In this document: positions 1-13,424 of the stretch, in pieces
Layout of the letters: each line of letters opens with the position of its first letter
Numbering within the stretch: position 1 is the first letter of the stretch
Source: an uncultured bacterium
Lineage (GTDB): Bacteria > Verrucomicrobiota > Verrucomicrobiia > Limisphaerales > UBA8199
Length of the DNA stretch: 64,000 bases
Direction: 5' to 3'
NCBI GenBank assembly: GCA_963749495.1
Contig: CAVVMW010000006.1
Coordinates: 352,001-416,000, forward strand
Position numbers and translations under genes: made by a program
The notes under the pieces: model-generated
What the model saw: the letters and a program-made list of their open reading frames with translations, nothing else
Told to the model about the DNA's origin: nothing
Databases searched by the model: none

Positions 1-260
1 GAATGACGAATGACGAATGACGAATGACGAATGACGAATGACGAATGACGAATGACGAATGACGAATGACGAATGACGAATGACGAATGACGAATGACGA
101 ATGACGAAGTGGCGACGGCGCGGTCCCTTTCGTCGCTTGTGTCCCTTTTGTCCCTTGGTTCGTTTTTCGTCATTCGTCATTCGTCATTCGTCATTCTTCT
201 TCTCGTCCCTTTTGTCCCTTGGTTCGTCATTCGTCACTCGTCATTCGTCATTCGTCATTC
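1..260. repeat. Heptamer tandem repeat (GAATGAC)x15 followed by inverted (GTCATTC)n blocks
   Basis: GAATGAC repeated at 1-105 (runs off the window edge); reverse-complement blocks at ~169-196 and ~224-260. Confidence 0.95.
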
Positions 261-311
261 TACCTCCCGCCCTCATTGACGCCGACCGGGGGCCAAGTTT
301 ACCTTCTGGTC

Positions 312-1344
312 ATGGTCAATTTGACTGAAACCCAGGCCCCGGGAACTGATCTCGTCCCGGTGCGCCGGCCCGTGCCCCGCGCACAGCTCGACGCCCTGTC
401 GCGCGAAATCCTCGTCCTCAAGAAGCAGCTTAACGCCGTCATCCTGGCCCACAACTACCAAGTCCCCGAAATCCAGGACATCGCCGATTTCGTCGGCGAT
501 TCCCTCGGCCTCTCCCAGCAGGCCGCCCGGACCAAGTCGGAACGTCATCGTCTTCAGCGGCGTCCACTTCATGGCCGAAACGGCCAAGATCCTCAACCCG
601 GACAAGCTCGTGCTGCTGCCGGACAAAGACGCCGGCTGCTCGCTGGAGGAGAGTTGCCCGGCGGACAAACTGGCGGAGTTCCAAAAGACCAATCCCCGCT
701 TCTACACCATCACCTACATCAACTGCAGCGCCCAGGTCAAGGCCCTCAGCGACGTGATTTGCACCAGCGGCAATGCCGTCCGCGTCGTCCAGGCTGCCCC
801 TGCGGACAGGGACCTGCTCTTCGTGCCGGACGAGAACCTGGGCGCCTGGGTCATCGAGCAGACCGGGCGCCCAATGACCCTGTGGCGCGGCAATTGCTAC
901 GCCCACGTCGAGTTCCGGCGCGAGAGCCTCCTGCGCCTTCGCAGCTCCTTGCCGGACGCCAAAGTCGTTGTCCATCCCGAATGCCTCCGCGAGGTGCGCC
1001 AGCTCGCCGATGTGGTCTGCTCGACCGAGAAGATGATCGCCTACTGCAAGACCAGCCCTGCCAGCCAATTCATCGTCGTGACCGAATCGGGCATCCTCCA
1101 CCGCCTCAACAAGGAGTGCCCGGGCAAGCAATTCATCTGCGCCCCCGCCTTCGATGCCCTGCGCGCCCCCACCGACCCCTGCCGCTGCAGCGAGTGCAAG
1201 TTCATGAAACTCAACACCCTGGAAAAACTCCGCGATTGTATGAAGCGCCTGGCCCCCAGCATCGAATTGAGCGCCGACCTCATCCGCCGCGCCCGCCTGC
1301 CCATCCAGCGGATGCTGGAAATCTCGGCGGCCAAGGGCGCCTGA
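312..1344 (+). CDS. nadA: Quinolinate synthase, split by one frameshift near 541
   Basis: [24 protein letters not shown] in the first frame; [39 protein letters not shown] in ORF 571..1344. Confidence 0.92.
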
Positions 1345-1549
1345 GGATATCCTTATCCAGAGCCAGGGACGCGCGTCCCTACTCGCGAAGCGCCTGGAGT
1401 GCGTCCCGATTCGGCATCGGGACGCTCTGGCGTTCGAACGCCGCAAGACGTGGGTTCGAAGAGCGGCGGCATGCGCCGCACTCCACGCGCTTCGCGAAAG
1501 ATCGATGCGCTGGGGCGCGATTAAGACCTTCAGTCAGCCCACGGCGCTT

Positions 1550-1748
1550 TCTTGCCCCGAAGGGGCTTCCGACAATAGCCCGGCGTTTCAACGCCGGGTG
1601 AGCGGACCCAAGGAGCAGGTCCGTCCCGAAGGGACGGCTGAAAGCAAGGAGTGTTCTCAGTCGTCCCTTCGGGACGAGGGCCCCTTTTGCGGCCTCCCTG
1701 GCGTTGAAACGCCGGGCTATTGTCAGATGTCCCTCCGGGACAAAACCC
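1550..1748 (+). repeat. REP/REPIN-like palindromic repeat, family A (GTCCCGAAGGGAC / AATAGCCCGGCGTTTCAACGCCGGG)
   Basis: Nested inverted repeats; near-identical copies at ~20985-21180 (reverse) and ~31660-31860, fragment at ~14940. Confidence 0.85.
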
Positions 1749-1814
1749 CCGAGGCGCATTCCCGACGCTTTTGATGGCACCTGATGCAGAGTCGATTACA
1801 AACAGAGGTGCGAA

Positions 1815-1860
1815 TTGGACTTGCCAGTGCGATTGCATTATGATATCAACATGATAGCGA
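1815..1860 (+). promoter_or_regulatory. Putative promoter/operator upstream of the SPFH-RHH operon
   Basis: TTGGAC-N18-TATGAT; palindrome TGATATCA at 1841-1848 and a near repeat ATGATAGC at 1851. Confidence 0.35.
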
Positions 1861-1892
1861 TGAACATATGAACTGCCTGCGCCAATGCTCTT

Positions 1893-2914
1893 ATGAACAC
1901 TCCTGATACCTCCACTAATCGTGAGCGAGTCGTCAACGTCCTCAACGGCTGGGTGATGCTGCCGATTGTCGTGGTCCTCTTTCTTGGGGCAATTGCGCTG
2001 TTGATTTACTCAATCGTGGCTGGAGTCAGGGACATGGAGCACCCGGTGTGGAGTCTATTGATCATCTCCATCCTGGTCGAACTCGCCTCCATCCTGATGT
2101 TCTTCGGCTTTTTCGCATTGCAGCCGAACGAGGCGAGGGTGCTGGTCCTGTTTGGCGCCTACAGGGGCACGGTGCGGACCCCGGGTTTTCATTGGGGCAA
2201 CCCATTTTACTCGAATGGCCCGGCAGGCCCGGCATGTTCGCGCAGGGCCTGGCCGAGGCGGGCGCGGCGGCGGGCAAGCCGGCCGGTATTGCAGCAGTGG
2301 CAGCAGGGTTCAAGCGGCGGACCCGATTCAAGTTTTCGCTGCGGTCCCGCAATTTCAACAGCGAGAAACTCAAGGTCAACGACAACCGGGGCAACCCGAT
2401 CGAGATAGCCGCCGTGGTTGTCTGGCGGGTGAACGATACAGCGCAAGCGGCCTTCGACGTTGACGATTACGAGAACTATGTGCGGGTGCAGAGCGAGTCG
2501 GCCATCCGGCACCTGGCCAGTTCGTATGCCTACGACTATGGGGAAGAGCACGAGGTGACGTTGCGCAGCGGGATGGACGAAGTGTCCCAGGCGCTCAAGC
2601 AGGAATTGCAGGCGCGCCTGGACAAGGCCGGCGTGCAGATCGAGGAAGCGCGCCTGACGCACCTGGCTTACGCGCCGGAGATCGCCCAGGCGATGCTCCG
2701 CCGCCAGCAGGCCGAGGCCGTGATCGCCGCCCGGCAGAAGATCGTCCAGGGCGCCGTCAGCATGGTGGACATGGCCCTCAAAGAATTGGCCGCCAAGCAA
2801 GTCGTCGTGTTGGACGACGACCGGCGGGCGGCCATGGTGAGCAACCTGATGGTGGTGCTCTGCGGCGAGGCGGAGGTACACCCGGTCGTGAACACGGGGA
2901 CCCTCTACACCTGA
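1893..2914 (+). CDS. SPFH/band 7 domain membrane protein, frameshift near 2220
   Basis: N-terminal TM segments plus [18 protein letters not shown]-terminal [21 protein letters not shown] and [16 protein letters not shown]. Confidence 0.88.
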
Positions 2915-2921
2915 GCTGGGC

Positions 2922-3116
2922 ATGGCTGGCCGCAAACCGTTCCTCCTGCGCATCGACCCGGCGCTCTGGGCCGACCTGGAGGCCTGGGCCAGGGACGAAC
3001 TGCGCAGCGTCAATGGCCAAATCGAGTACCTCCTCAGGCAGGCGGTCCAAAAACGCAAAGGCCCCCGCGCCGCCAAGGCGCCCGCGGCAGGTTCCAGCCC
3101 CGATGAACACGGATAA
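2922..3116 (+). CDS. Arc/CopG-like ribbon-helix-helix DNA-binding protein
   Basis: RKPFLLRIDPALWADLEAWARDELRSVNGQIEYLL; lies directly after the SPFH gene. Confidence 0.8.
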   Translation: MAGRKPFLLRIDPALWADLEAWARDELRSVNGQIEYLLRQAVQKRKGPRAAKAPAAGSSPDEHG

Positions 3117-3157
3117 ATCTTGATATGTGGCCCTCGAACCAGAGGGGCGTCGCCGGG

Positions 3158-3240
3158 CGCGAAGCGTTTTGGACTGCGGCAGCCCTCTGCCGCTTTTTGG
3201 ACCCTGGGGACACGAAAGCGGCAGAGGGCTGCCGCAGTCG
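3158..3240. repeat. REP-like palindrome, family B (TTGGACTGCGGCAGCCCTCTGCCGCTTT...AAAGCGGCAGAGGGCTGCCGCAGTC)
   Basis: Inverted repeat; related copies at ~28668-28760, ~46085-46175 and partial at ~40404-40440. Confidence 0.85.
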
Positions 3241-3396
3241 GAGGGCGGCAGGTCTTTTTGGCGCAGGCGGCGTTGCTCGCTCCTCACAGACCCGTGGAGG
3301 GTATGCTCGTCGCTCGCGCCTTGCCTGCGCCAAAAATCCCTTGCCGCGAACGTCATCGTATTTATGTTCATGACCACTAAGCCCGGGGCCGGCGTT

Positions 3397-4143
3397 TCAA
3401 CGATTGTTGAGCAGGGCGGCTCCGTAGTCGCGGTTCATTCTGGCGATGAAGGCGAGGCTGATTTCCTTGGGACAAACGGCCTCACAGGAGCCGGTAACCG
3501 TGCAGTTGCCGAAGCCCTCGGCGTCCATCTGCCGGACCATGTGGAGGACGCGGCGGTCTTTTTCGGCCTTGCCCTGGGGCAGGAGGTTGAGGTGGGAGAC
3601 CTTGGCCGCCACGAAGAGCATGGCGGAGGCGTTCTTGCAGACGGCGACACAGGCGCCGCAGCCGATGCACGCCGCCGCGTCCATCGCGCTGTCGGCGGTT
3701 TCCTTCGACACGGGGAGCGCGTTGCCGTCGGGCGCGCCGCCGGTGTTGACGGAGATGAAGCCGCCGGCTTGGATGATGCGGTCCAGGGCGCTGCGATTGG
3801 CGGCAAGGTCTTTGAGAATGGCAAAGGCCCGGGCGCGCCAGGGCTCGATGATGATGGTTTCGCCGTCTTTGAAGTGCCGCATGTGGAGCTGGCAGGTGGC
3901 GGTGCCGCGCTGGCCGCCGTGCGGAATGCCGTTGATGACCAGCGAGCACATCCCGCAGATGCCTTCGCGGCAATCCGAATCCAAGGCAATCGGTTCCTGG
4001 CCGCGCTGGATCAGCCCTTCGTTGACCACGTCGAGCATCTCCAGAAAAGACATGTCCGGCGAGACGTCTTTGGCCTCGCAGGTCTCCAATTGGCCGGGAG
4101 TCTGCCCGTTTTTCTGCCGCCAAATTCTCAGTGTCAGGTTCAT
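3397..4143 (-). CDS. sdhB: Succinate dehydrogenase/fumarate reductase iron-sulfur subunit
   Basis: [39 protein letters not shown]. Confidence 0.93.
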   Translation of the reverse strand: MNLTLRIWRQKNGQTPGQLETCEAKDVSPDMSFLEMLDVVNEGLIQRGQEPIALDSDCREGICGMCSLVINGIPHGGQRGTATCQLHMRHFKDGETIIIEPWRARAFAILKDLAANRSALDRIIQAGGFISVNTGGAPDGNALPVSKETADSAMDAAACIGCGACVAVCKNASAMLFVAAKVSHLNLLPQGKAEKDRRVLHMVRQMDAEGFGNCTVTGSCEAVCPKEISLAFIARMNRDYGAALLNNR

Positions 4144-4153
4144 GCCAAAGTCG

Positions 4154-6070
<1,917 letters not shown>

Positions 6071-6099
6071 AGGGTTCAAGTTATTTTGCATCGGCTCCT

Positions 6100-6792
6100 T
6101 CATTTTCCGTAGCCGAGCAGAATCGCCACTGGGATCGAGATGTAGCCCGCAAATACGAGCACTGCAACCCCGCGCGCCAGGTTGTCCAAACAGCGCCGGT
6201 AGGCCTCGCTTCTCCAGCCCAATGACTGCAACATGCTGCTGGCCCCATGGCTCAGGTGCAGGCACAGCAAACCGATGCCCAGGATGTAAAAACCCGACAC
6301 CCACCCGTTGCTGAAGCCGAGCACCATCATCCGGAAGACGTCGTGCCGCTTCTCCGAATCCATCAGCCCCACAAAACCCCGGCCGGTCAGATTCACTGCC
6401 TTCACCTCGCTCGTGTAATGGAGGATATGGTAGATGACGAAGACCAGGATAATCAGCCCGCTCATCAGCATGTGCCGCGACGCCCAGGTCGAGCCCACAG
6501 ACACATACCGGGCGTAGCCTTGCGGCCGGGCTGCCCAGTTCTCGACTGTCAGCGTGGCGGCGGCCCACAGATGCACCCCCACCATGAGCAGCAGGGCAAT
6601 CCGCGCCGGCCAGAGCACCTCGATGTTGGATTGCAGGAAATGGCCGTAGCGATTGATCGCCTCCGGGCCCAGGAAGATCTGCAGGTTGCCCGCCAGATGC
6701 CCCAGGACGAACAGGAACAGGATGAATCCCGTTGCCGCCATCAGGTACTTTTTGCCCACCGACGACAGGAAAAGGTTCGTGAATAGTTTCAT
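6100..6792 (-). CDS. sdhC: Succinate dehydrogenase cytochrome b subunit
   Basis: [24 protein letters not shown]; hydrophobic; upstream of sdhA. Confidence 0.9.
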   Translation of the reverse strand: MKLFTNLFLSSVGKKYLMAATGFILFLFVLGHLAGNLQIFLGPEAINRYGHFLQSNIEVLWPARIALLLMVGVHLWAAATLTVENWAARPQGYARYVSVGSTWASRHMLMSGLIILVFVIYHILHYTSEVKAVNLTGRGFVGLMDSEKRHDVFRMMVLGFSNGWVSGFYILGIGLLCLHLSHGASSMLQSLGWRSEAYRRCLDNLARGVAVLVFAGYISIPVAILLGYGK

Positions 6793-6854
6793 CGGCAAAA
6801 ACACCGGGCGCCGCCCCCGTTTTGCTCAAGGCGGCGCAACAGCAAGAATCTGAT

Positions 6855-7787
6855 TTAGAGCTTGGTCTCTCCGACCGTCTTTCGCACGCCGGCGGCCGTT
6901 TTTTGGAGCATGACCCGTTCGTCGTGGGTGAGCGTGATCTCGCAGATGCGCTCAAGTCCCTTGCCGCTGATCAGGCACGGCACGCCGAGGAACAGGCCGC
7001 AGATGCCGTATTCGCCCTCGCAGAGGGCGGCGCAGGCCAGGATACGCCGTTTGTCCTTGAGAAAGGACTCGGCCATGATGATGGCGCTGCAGGCGGGGCT
7101 GAAGAAGGCCGAACCCTTGCCGAAGAGCTTGACGATTTCCGTGCCGGCCTCGCGGGTGCGGACTACCAGCCTCTCGATCTGCTCCGGGGTGGCCAAGTCC
7201 TGGAGCGGCACTCCGCCGACCGTGGTTAACCGCGGCAGCGGCACCATGTCGGGGCCGTGGCCGCCCAGGACCGTGCCGGCGACATCAGCCACCGAGACGC
7301 CGAGTTCCAGGGCGATGAATGCCCGCCAGCGCGCGGTATCGAGCGTGCCGGCCATGCCAACCACCTGGTGTTTCGGGAAGCCCGTGAGCTTGTAGAACGC
7401 GTAAACGATCGCGTCCAACGGATTGGTCACAATGATACAGAAGGCCTTGGGCGCGTACCGCTTCACGCCGCTGGCAACCTCGGTGATGATCTTGAGGTTG
7501 ATGCTCAGCAGGTCCTCCCGCGTCATGCCCGCCTCGCGCGGTTTGCCGGCCGTGACGATAACCACGTCCGCACCGTCGATGTCCTTGTAGTCCGACGAAG
7601 CGATGATGCGGGCGTCGTAGTTGCCATGGGGCGTCATCTCCATCAGGTCCAAGGCCTTGCCTTTGAGTGGATTCTCAAAAGCCGGAATGTCAAGGAGGAC
7701 GACATCCCCCAGTTCTTTCTGGATGGCCAGCAAGGCCAGGACTTGGCCGATTTGACCACCGCCGATGAGCGCGATTTTCTTTCTCAT
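6855..7787 (-). CDS. mdh: Malate dehydrogenase, LDH-like type
   Basis: [42 protein letters not shown]. Confidence 0.9.
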   Translation of the reverse strand: MRKKIALIGGGQIGQVLALLAIQKELGDVVLLDIPAFENPLKGKALDLMEMTPHGNYDARIIASSDYKDIDGADVVIVTAGKPREAGMTREDLLSINLKIITEVASGVKRYAPKAFCIIVTNPLDAIVYAFYKLTGFPKHQVVGMAGTLDTARWRAFIALELGVSVADVAGTVLGGHGPDMVPLPRLTTVGGVPLQDLATPEQIERLVVRTREAGTEIVKLFGKGSAFFSPACSAIIMAESFLKDKRRILACAALCEGEYGICGLFLGVPCLISGKGLERICEITLTHDERVMLQKTAAGVRKTVGETKL

Positions 7788-7860
7788 AATAGGAGCTTCT
7801 TTTTCTGCAATTCGATACGGATGAACAAGTTGCCCGCCCGTGCCGGGCGGAGGAAACAAA

Positions 7861-9186
7861 TCAGCCCGGGGCGCGCGCCGTTTCCGCGGCCGGCTTTTTG
7901 TCCCGCTGTTCGATCGGCACATAATGATTTTGGGCGGGACCCATGTAAATCTGCCGTGGGCGGTAGATGCGCGCCTTGGGATCGTCCATGATCTCTTTGA
8001 CGTTGGCGATCCAGCCGGGCGTGCGGCCAATGGCGAAAATGACCGGAAACATCTCCAGCGGGATGCCCAGCGCCCGCATGATAGTGCCGCTGTAAAAGTC
8101 CACGTTCGGATAGAGCTTATGCTCAACGAAATAGGGGTCTTGAAGCGCGGCCGCCTCCAACCGCTTGGCGATATCAAGCAGGGGGTCGCTGATATGGAGC
8201 GCCTCAAGCAACTTGTCGCAGGCATTCTTGATGAGCTTGGCCCGCGGATCGTAGTTCTTGTAAACCCGGTGGCCGAAACCCATCAGGCGCTTGCCGCTCG
8301 CTTTGTCTTTGGCCGCCACGATGAACCGGGAGCCGTCGTCGCCGGCCCGGTGGATTTCTTCCAGCATTTCGATGACTGCCTGGTTGGCGCCGCCGTGGAG
8401 CGGGCCCCACAACGCGCACACCCCCGCTGCCGCGCAGGCGAACAAGTTGGCCTGGCTGGAGGCGACCATCCGCACCGTGGAGGTTGAGCAGTTCTGCTCG
8501 TGGTCGGCATGGAGCAGGAAAACCAAGTCCAGTGCCTGCGCGGCCTCCGCCGGCGGGACATAATCGTGGTCAGGCTCCGAAAACATCATGTGGAGAAAGT
8601 TCTCGGTGTACTTGAGGTCGGATTTGGGGTAGATGATCGGCAGCCCTCGGGACTTGCGATACGAAAAAGCCGCGATGGTGCGCACCTGGGAGATCAGCCG
8701 GGCCGCCTGCACATCGAAGCGGGCCGCGTCCCTCCGCCCCATCAACCCTGGGTAGAAGCAACTGCCGGCGTTGATCATTGAAGAGAGCATGGCCATCGGA
8801 TGCGCTGTGGATGGGAACCCCTCGAAGTGATATTTCATCAACTCGTGGAGAGTCTGGTTTTGCGTCAAGACCCCCGAAAACCGCTCTAGTTCCGCCCGCA
8901 GGGGCAAATGCCCATAGATGACAAGGTAGGCCGTCTCGATGAAATTGGATTCCTTGGCCAATTCCCCAATGTCAATGCCCCGATAACGCAAGATGCCCTT
9001 TTCCCCGTCAATGAAGGTGATCCGGCTCACGCAGGAGCCGGTGTTGCCGTAGCCGTCGTCCACCGTGATATGACCGGTCGTGCTGCGCAGGGTCGAAATG
9101 TCGATCCCTGCTTCGCGCTCCGTGCCTTCAATAATGGGGAGGGTGTAAACTGCACCGTCGATTTCTAGTTTGGCTGATCTGTTCAT
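7861..9186 (-). CDS. gltA: Citrate synthase
   Basis: [43 protein letters not shown]. Confidence 0.96.
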   Translation of the reverse strand: MNRSAKLEIDGAVYTLPIIEGTEREAGIDISTLRSTTGHITVDDGYGNTGSCVSRITFIDGEKGILRYRGIDIGELAKESNFIETAYLVIYGHLPLRAELERFSGVLTQNQTLHELMKYHFEGFPSTAHPMAMLSSMINAGSCFYPGLMGRRDAARFDVQAARLISQVRTIAAFSYRKSRGLPIIYPKSDLKYTENFLHMMFSEPDHDYVPPAEAAQALDLVFLLHADHEQNCSTSTVRMVASSQANLFACAAAGVCALWGPLHGGANQAVIEMLEEIHRAGDDGSRFIVAAKDKASGKRLMGFGHRVYKNYDPRAKLIKNACDKLLEALHISDPLLDIAKRLEAAALQDPYFVEHKLYPNVDFYSGTIMRALGIPLEMFPVIFAIGRTPGWIANVKEIMDDPKARIYRPRQIYMGPAQNHYVPIEQRDKKPAAETARAPG

Positions 9187-9216
9187 AGGCTCACTTAGGT
9201 TGAAGTTTCATTGGCT

Positions 9217-9795
9217 TTACAAAGCTGCTCTATCCGGCACAACTGCCTGGCTTCCGAGGAGGCGGCCATATTCGTGCCCTTTGCGGAGGGCGCGGAGGTT
9301 AAGATCGGCGCTGTCCCGGGGCACCAAATCGAGGACCGCTTTTTCCATCGCTGCGCAGGAAACCAGCGCGGTCACGCCAGCAAAGAAGCCGGCCATGACG
9401 ACGTTCAGCGCCAACCGGCGCCCTAGCTCTTCGGCCAAGCGGGTTGCCGGGATGCCCAAGGCCCGCGCACCTGGGGGCGCATCCGGCAAAACCGGAATCA
9501 ACTCGTTTTCGTATAGCACGAGGCCCCCGGCTTTGAGCTGGGGAACAAACTGCCTGGCCGCGTCCAGCGACAGGAGGAGCAAAACCCCCGGATGATGAAC
9601 ATACGGATAGCCGATCACTTCATCCGACAGCGTGACTTGAGCGCTGCACGCGCTGCCCCGCGCTTCGGGCCCGAACGATTGGATCAAGGTTGCGTTTTTC
9701 CCGTCATAAATTGCCGCAGCCTTGCCGATGATCATCCCGCAAAGGATCACCCCCTGCCCGCCCAACCCACCGATACGGATTTCATGCTTTGCCAT
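9217..9795 (-). CDS. korC: 2-oxoacid:ferredoxin oxidoreductase gamma subunit
   Basis: EIRIGGLGGQGVIL, QSFGPEARGSAC. Confidence 0.85.
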   Translation of the reverse strand: MAKHEIRIGGLGGQGVILCGMIIGKAAAIYDGKNATLIQSFGPEARGSACSAQVTLSDEVIGYPYVHHPGVLLLLSLDAARQFVPQLKAGGLVLYENELIPVLPDAPPGARALGIPATRLAEELGRRLALNVVMAGFFAGVTALVSCAAMEKAVLDLVPRDSADLNLRALRKGHEYGRLLGSQAVVPDRAAL

Positions 9796-10648
9796 AGACC
9801 GCCCCGTATGACTTATACTTTTCTCCAAACACACTCGAATAATGGCTGTCCATCAACTCCAGCCAAGTGGGCCGCTCGCGGTCGACGAACTTGCCGACGA
9901 CAATGTCCCCCTGGAACGAGAGGCCTGCCTCCTTGGTGTCGGCGCCGTTCTTGAGGATGCTCTTGGCCTTGTAATACTTGAGTTGATCGATTCCCTCGCC
10001 CAAACGGTTGCGGCGCGAATAGAGCGTCGGACAAGGGGAAAGGGCTTCGATGAAAGCGAATCCCTTTTTGGCCAGCCCTTCCTTCATGGCCAGAGCGAGC
10101 TGTCGAACGTGATAGACCGTCCAGCGAGCGACATAGACCGCCCCACACGCATCGGCCAGAAAGGGGAGGTTGAAGGGGTCCTCGAAGTTTCCAAATGGCA
10201 TGGTGGTCTGTATGGCGCCGACGGGCGTGGTTGGGGCGGCCTGCCCACCGGTCATGCCGTAAGTGTAGTTGTTGACACAGACGACCAGAATATCCAGGTT
10301 CCGGCGGGCGGCGTGGACGAAGTGATTGCCGCCAATGGCAAACAGGTCGCCGTCCCCGGAATAGACCACGACTTTGAGGCCGGGATTGGCCAGTTTCAGG
10401 CCCGTGGCAAAGGGGATGGCGCGGCCGTGCGTGGTGTGAAAAGAATCGAGTTTCAGATAGCCGGCCACCCTTCCCGTGCAGCCAATTCCGGAAACAACCG
10501 CCACCTGGTCGAGGTTCAGGCCCGATTGCCTCAGGGCCCGCACGAAGCAGTTGAGGGTGGTCCCAATTCCGCAACCCGGACACCAAAGGTGCGGCAGCCG
10601 GTCCCGGCGCAGCCAGGGCATTAACGGGTTTTCGGGTGTGGCATCCAT
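9782..10648 (-). CDS. korB: 2-oxoacid:ferredoxin oxidoreductase beta subunit
   Basis: WCPGCGIG, SGIGCTG, HGRA, GDGD TPP motif, YGMTGGQ. Confidence 0.9.
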   Translation of the reverse strand: MDATPENPLMPWLRRDRLPHLWCPGCGIGTTLNCFVRALRQSGLNLDQVAVVSGIGCTGRVAGYLKLDSFHTTHGRAIPFATGLKLANPGLKVVVYSGDGDLFAIGGNHFVHAARRNLDILVVCVNNYTYGMTGGQAAPTTPVGAIQTTMPFGNFEDPFNLPFLADACGAVYVARWTVYHVRQLALAMKEGLAKKGFAFIEALSPCPTLYSRRNRLGEGIDQLKYYKAKSILKNGADTKEAGLSFQGDIVVGKFVDRERPTWLELMDSHYSSVFGEKYKSYGAVYGKA

Positions 10649-10673
10649 TCAGACCTTGAGGATTGAACATGAT

Positions 10674-11831
10674 TCATCGCGCCGCCTGCAAAATGCCCTC
10701 CAGGATGGATTCCGGCTCGTGCACAGTGCCGCCTGCATGCGGCACCGAGAGGACGGCAGCCTTTCCAGCCACGGCCCGCTCCACCTCCAGCACCATCTGC
10801 CCCAGGTTTAATTCCGGGACGACGAAGGCCTTGACCTGGCCGGCGGTTCTTCGCAGCAAGGACGACGGAAAAGGCCAGGTGATCACCAACCGCAGGTGTC
10901 CCACCTTCACACCCCGCTGCCGCGCTTGCTCGATCGCCGGCCCGGCCACGCGCGAAGTGATCCCAAAGGACACTAACACGATTTCGGCGTCTTCCAGGTG
11001 GTCGGTTTGAACCTCGACGAGCCGTTCCCGATGATGACGGATTTTGCTGACGAGTCGCTCCACCAGCTTCTTCTGGGCCGCCGGATCCATCGCCGGATAA
11101 CCCTGCTCGTTGTGAGTGAGGCCCGTGATGTGGATGCGGTAGCCGTCGCCGGCCTTGACCATATCCGGCACCAGCTCGCCATCCGTCTCGTAAGGCTTGT
11201 ATTGGCCCGGCGGCTTGTGGGTCCAGCGCCGCTCGGCCACTTCGATCGCGTCAGCCTCGGGAATCACCACCCGCTCCGTCATGTGCCCCACCACCTCGTC
11301 CATCATGAAGAAGACCGGCACGCGATAGAGCTCGGCGAGGTTGAAAGCCTTGATGATCAGGTCGAAGCATTCCTGCGGTGAATTCGGTGCGAGCGCAATC
11401 GGCTCGTAGTCGCCATGCGCGCCCCACTTCACCTGCATCATATCGCCCTGGGCCGGGAGCGTCGGCAGCCCAGTGGAGGGCCCGCCGCGCTGAACGTCCA
11501 CGAAAACGCAGGGCGTTTCTGTCATCGCCGCGAACCCGACGTGTTCCATCATGAGCGAAAGACCCGGCCCGGAGGTGACGGTCATGACCTTCTTGCCGGC
11601 CCAAGCCGCGCCCTGGATGGCGATGGACGAGGCAATCTCATCCTCCATCTGAATGAAGAGGCCACCGATGAGCGGGATGCGCCGGGCGAACCTCTCGACG
11701 ACTTCCGTGGAAGGGGTGATCGGATAGCCCGCCACAAACCGGCAACCCGCCGCCAAGGCGCCTTCGCAAGCAGCCTGGTCGCCGTCCAGGAAGTGCACGC
11801 CCGTCATAACGCCCCTGGGATCCGCTTTCAT
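10674..11831 (-). CDS. korA: 2-oxoacid:ferredoxin oxidoreductase alpha subunit
   Basis: AGYPITPSTE, QMEDEIAS, TSGPG, QRGGPSTGLPT. Confidence 0.9.
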   Translation of the reverse strand: MKADPRGVMTGVHFLDGDQAACEGALAAGCRFVAGYPITPSTEVVERFARRIPLIGGLFIQMEDEIASSIAIQGAAWAGKKVMTVTSGPGLSLMMEHVGFAAMTETPCVFVDVQRGGPSTGLPTLPAQGDMMQVKWGAHGDYEPIALAPNSPQECFDLIIKAFNLAELYRVPVFFMMDEVVGHMTERVVIPEADAIEVAERRWTHKPPGQYKPYETDGELVPDMVKAGDGYRIHITGLTHNEQGYPAMDPAAQKKLVERLVSKIRHHRERLVEVQTDHLEDAEIVLVSFGITSRVAGPAIEQARQRGVKVGHLRLVITWPFPSSLLRRTAGQVKAFVVPELNLGQMVLEVERAVAGKAAVLSVPHAGGTVHEPESILEGILQAAR

Positions 11832-12100
11832 AGCACAGCCGAGTGGTTTCGCTTTTCCAGGTCCTTGAACCTGGCCCCGAAAATGGCAAAGTCAGGGCAG
11901 TAAAGGCCGCAAAGATCGCAGCCGGAACAGCCTTCGGGCCGCGCCAGCACCGGGAAATGATAGCCCCTGGAATTGAAGTCACCAGCGAGCTCCAGGCAAT
12001 GGGAAGGACAGAAATCTACGCAGTAGGCGCAGCCCTTGCAAATCTCCATTTGAATGAAGACGGTGCCCCGGCCGGTCCGTACAACTTCTACACAAGGCAT
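11828..12100 (-). CDS. korD: 2x[4Fe-4S] ferredoxin, delta subunit
   Basis: CKGCAYCVDFCP and CSGCDLCGLYCP. Confidence 0.85.
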   Translation of the reverse strand: MPCVEVVRTGRGTVFIQMEICKGCAYCVDFCPSHCLELAGDFNSRGYHFPVLARPEGCSGCDLCGLYCPDFAIFGARFKDLEKRNHSAVL

Positions 12101-12458
12101 AAATCCAATCCTCCGCCCGTGTCCGCAACGATCTTGAGCAGGACAAAACGCTTCCTGCGTGGCAAAGAGTGGTTAGGTGCTGGAAATGCATGGCACGCGC
12201 CTGACTTGGCGGAGCCGGACGAGACACCATTGGCCGCACAGATTCTTGCCATAAGCTTTCAGCATCGTGCCTACACAACAAGCCCGACACATTAGGAATC
12301 GTTTTAACGTTATCGGCCAGCCCGCGCAAGCTTTTTAATGTTCGTTTAATCTGCTTCTTTGAGTGGGATGTAACCTTTCGGGGCCGCGACCCGTAATCTC
12401 TATTGAAACGGGGCCTCGACAGGCCCCGGCATGGACGAAGAAACGACCTGTACAGTTT

Positions 12459-13404
12459 ATGAAGACGAACCTCAAGGGACGGATTGTGGGGGCCGGCTGC
12501 CTGCTGATGGCCAGCGCCAGCGCGATGGCGACGCCATTCCAGCGGGGAGACCTGCCGGCGGACACGGCGTGGGCCGTTCATGTGGATTGCGATCTGCTGC
12601 GCACCGGCACGGTCGGCCAATACCTCCAGGAGGAGCTGCGCAGGCCGGAAGTGCAGGCCAAACTGGCTGCGTTCCAGGCCCTGTTCAGCTTCGATTTGCA
12701 AAAGCAACTGCACGCCTTGACGCTTTACAGCGCCAGCATCGACCCCAAGGACGGGGTGCTGGTCATCTATGGGGACTTCGACGCCGCGCATCTCTTGACC
12801 CTGGTCAAGGGCGCAGACGATTACGAGGGCATCACGCATAACCAGCGGGTCATCCATAGCTGGATCGACAAGAACAAGAAGGGCCACCCCCACATCTACG
12901 CCGCCCTGCAAGGCGGCCGGCTGCATCTTCGGACAGCGCCAGGCCGCCGTCGGCACAGCCCTGGACGTGCTGGACGGCGCCGTGCCCAGCCTGGCAACCG
13001 ACAAGGCCTTCCCTGAATTGGGCGGCTCCGCCGGCGGCACTTCCATCCAGGGCGCCACCCGCAGACTGGACTTTCCCGCCTCCGACCCTAACGCGCTCCT
13101 GTTCCGGCTTTCAAAGCAGATCCGCATCGAGATCGGGGAAGTCCAGGGACAAGTCACCGCCAGGCTCACGCTCCAGGCCAACGATGAGACCGTGGCCGGG
13201 CAAATGGCCGCCGTCGCCCAGGGCCTCGTCGCCTTGGGCAGGCTGGCCAACAAACCCGAACTGACGAAACTCCTCGAGGCGGTCTCGGTCAAGCAGGCGG
13301 GCGCGTCCGTGGTGGCCACTCTGAGTTTGCCTGCCGCCGAAGTCGTGAATATGCTCAAAGCCGATGCCGAGCGAAAGGCGGCCCGGAAGGCCCAGGAGAA
13401 GTGA
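12459..13404 (+). CDS. Secreted hypothetical protein, frameshift near 12925
   Basis: Signal peptide MKTNLKGRIVGAGCLLMASASAMA; continues in ORF 12967..13404. Confidence 0.7.
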
Positions 13405-13424
13405 CTCCGGGCCGTTGACAAAAT

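Noticed and set aside
94..328. Short ORFs reading SSFVIRH repeats
   Set aside because: Translations of heptamer repeats; the same holds for ORFs over REPs at 1379-1838, 3034-3380, 25103-25515 and 33380-33719
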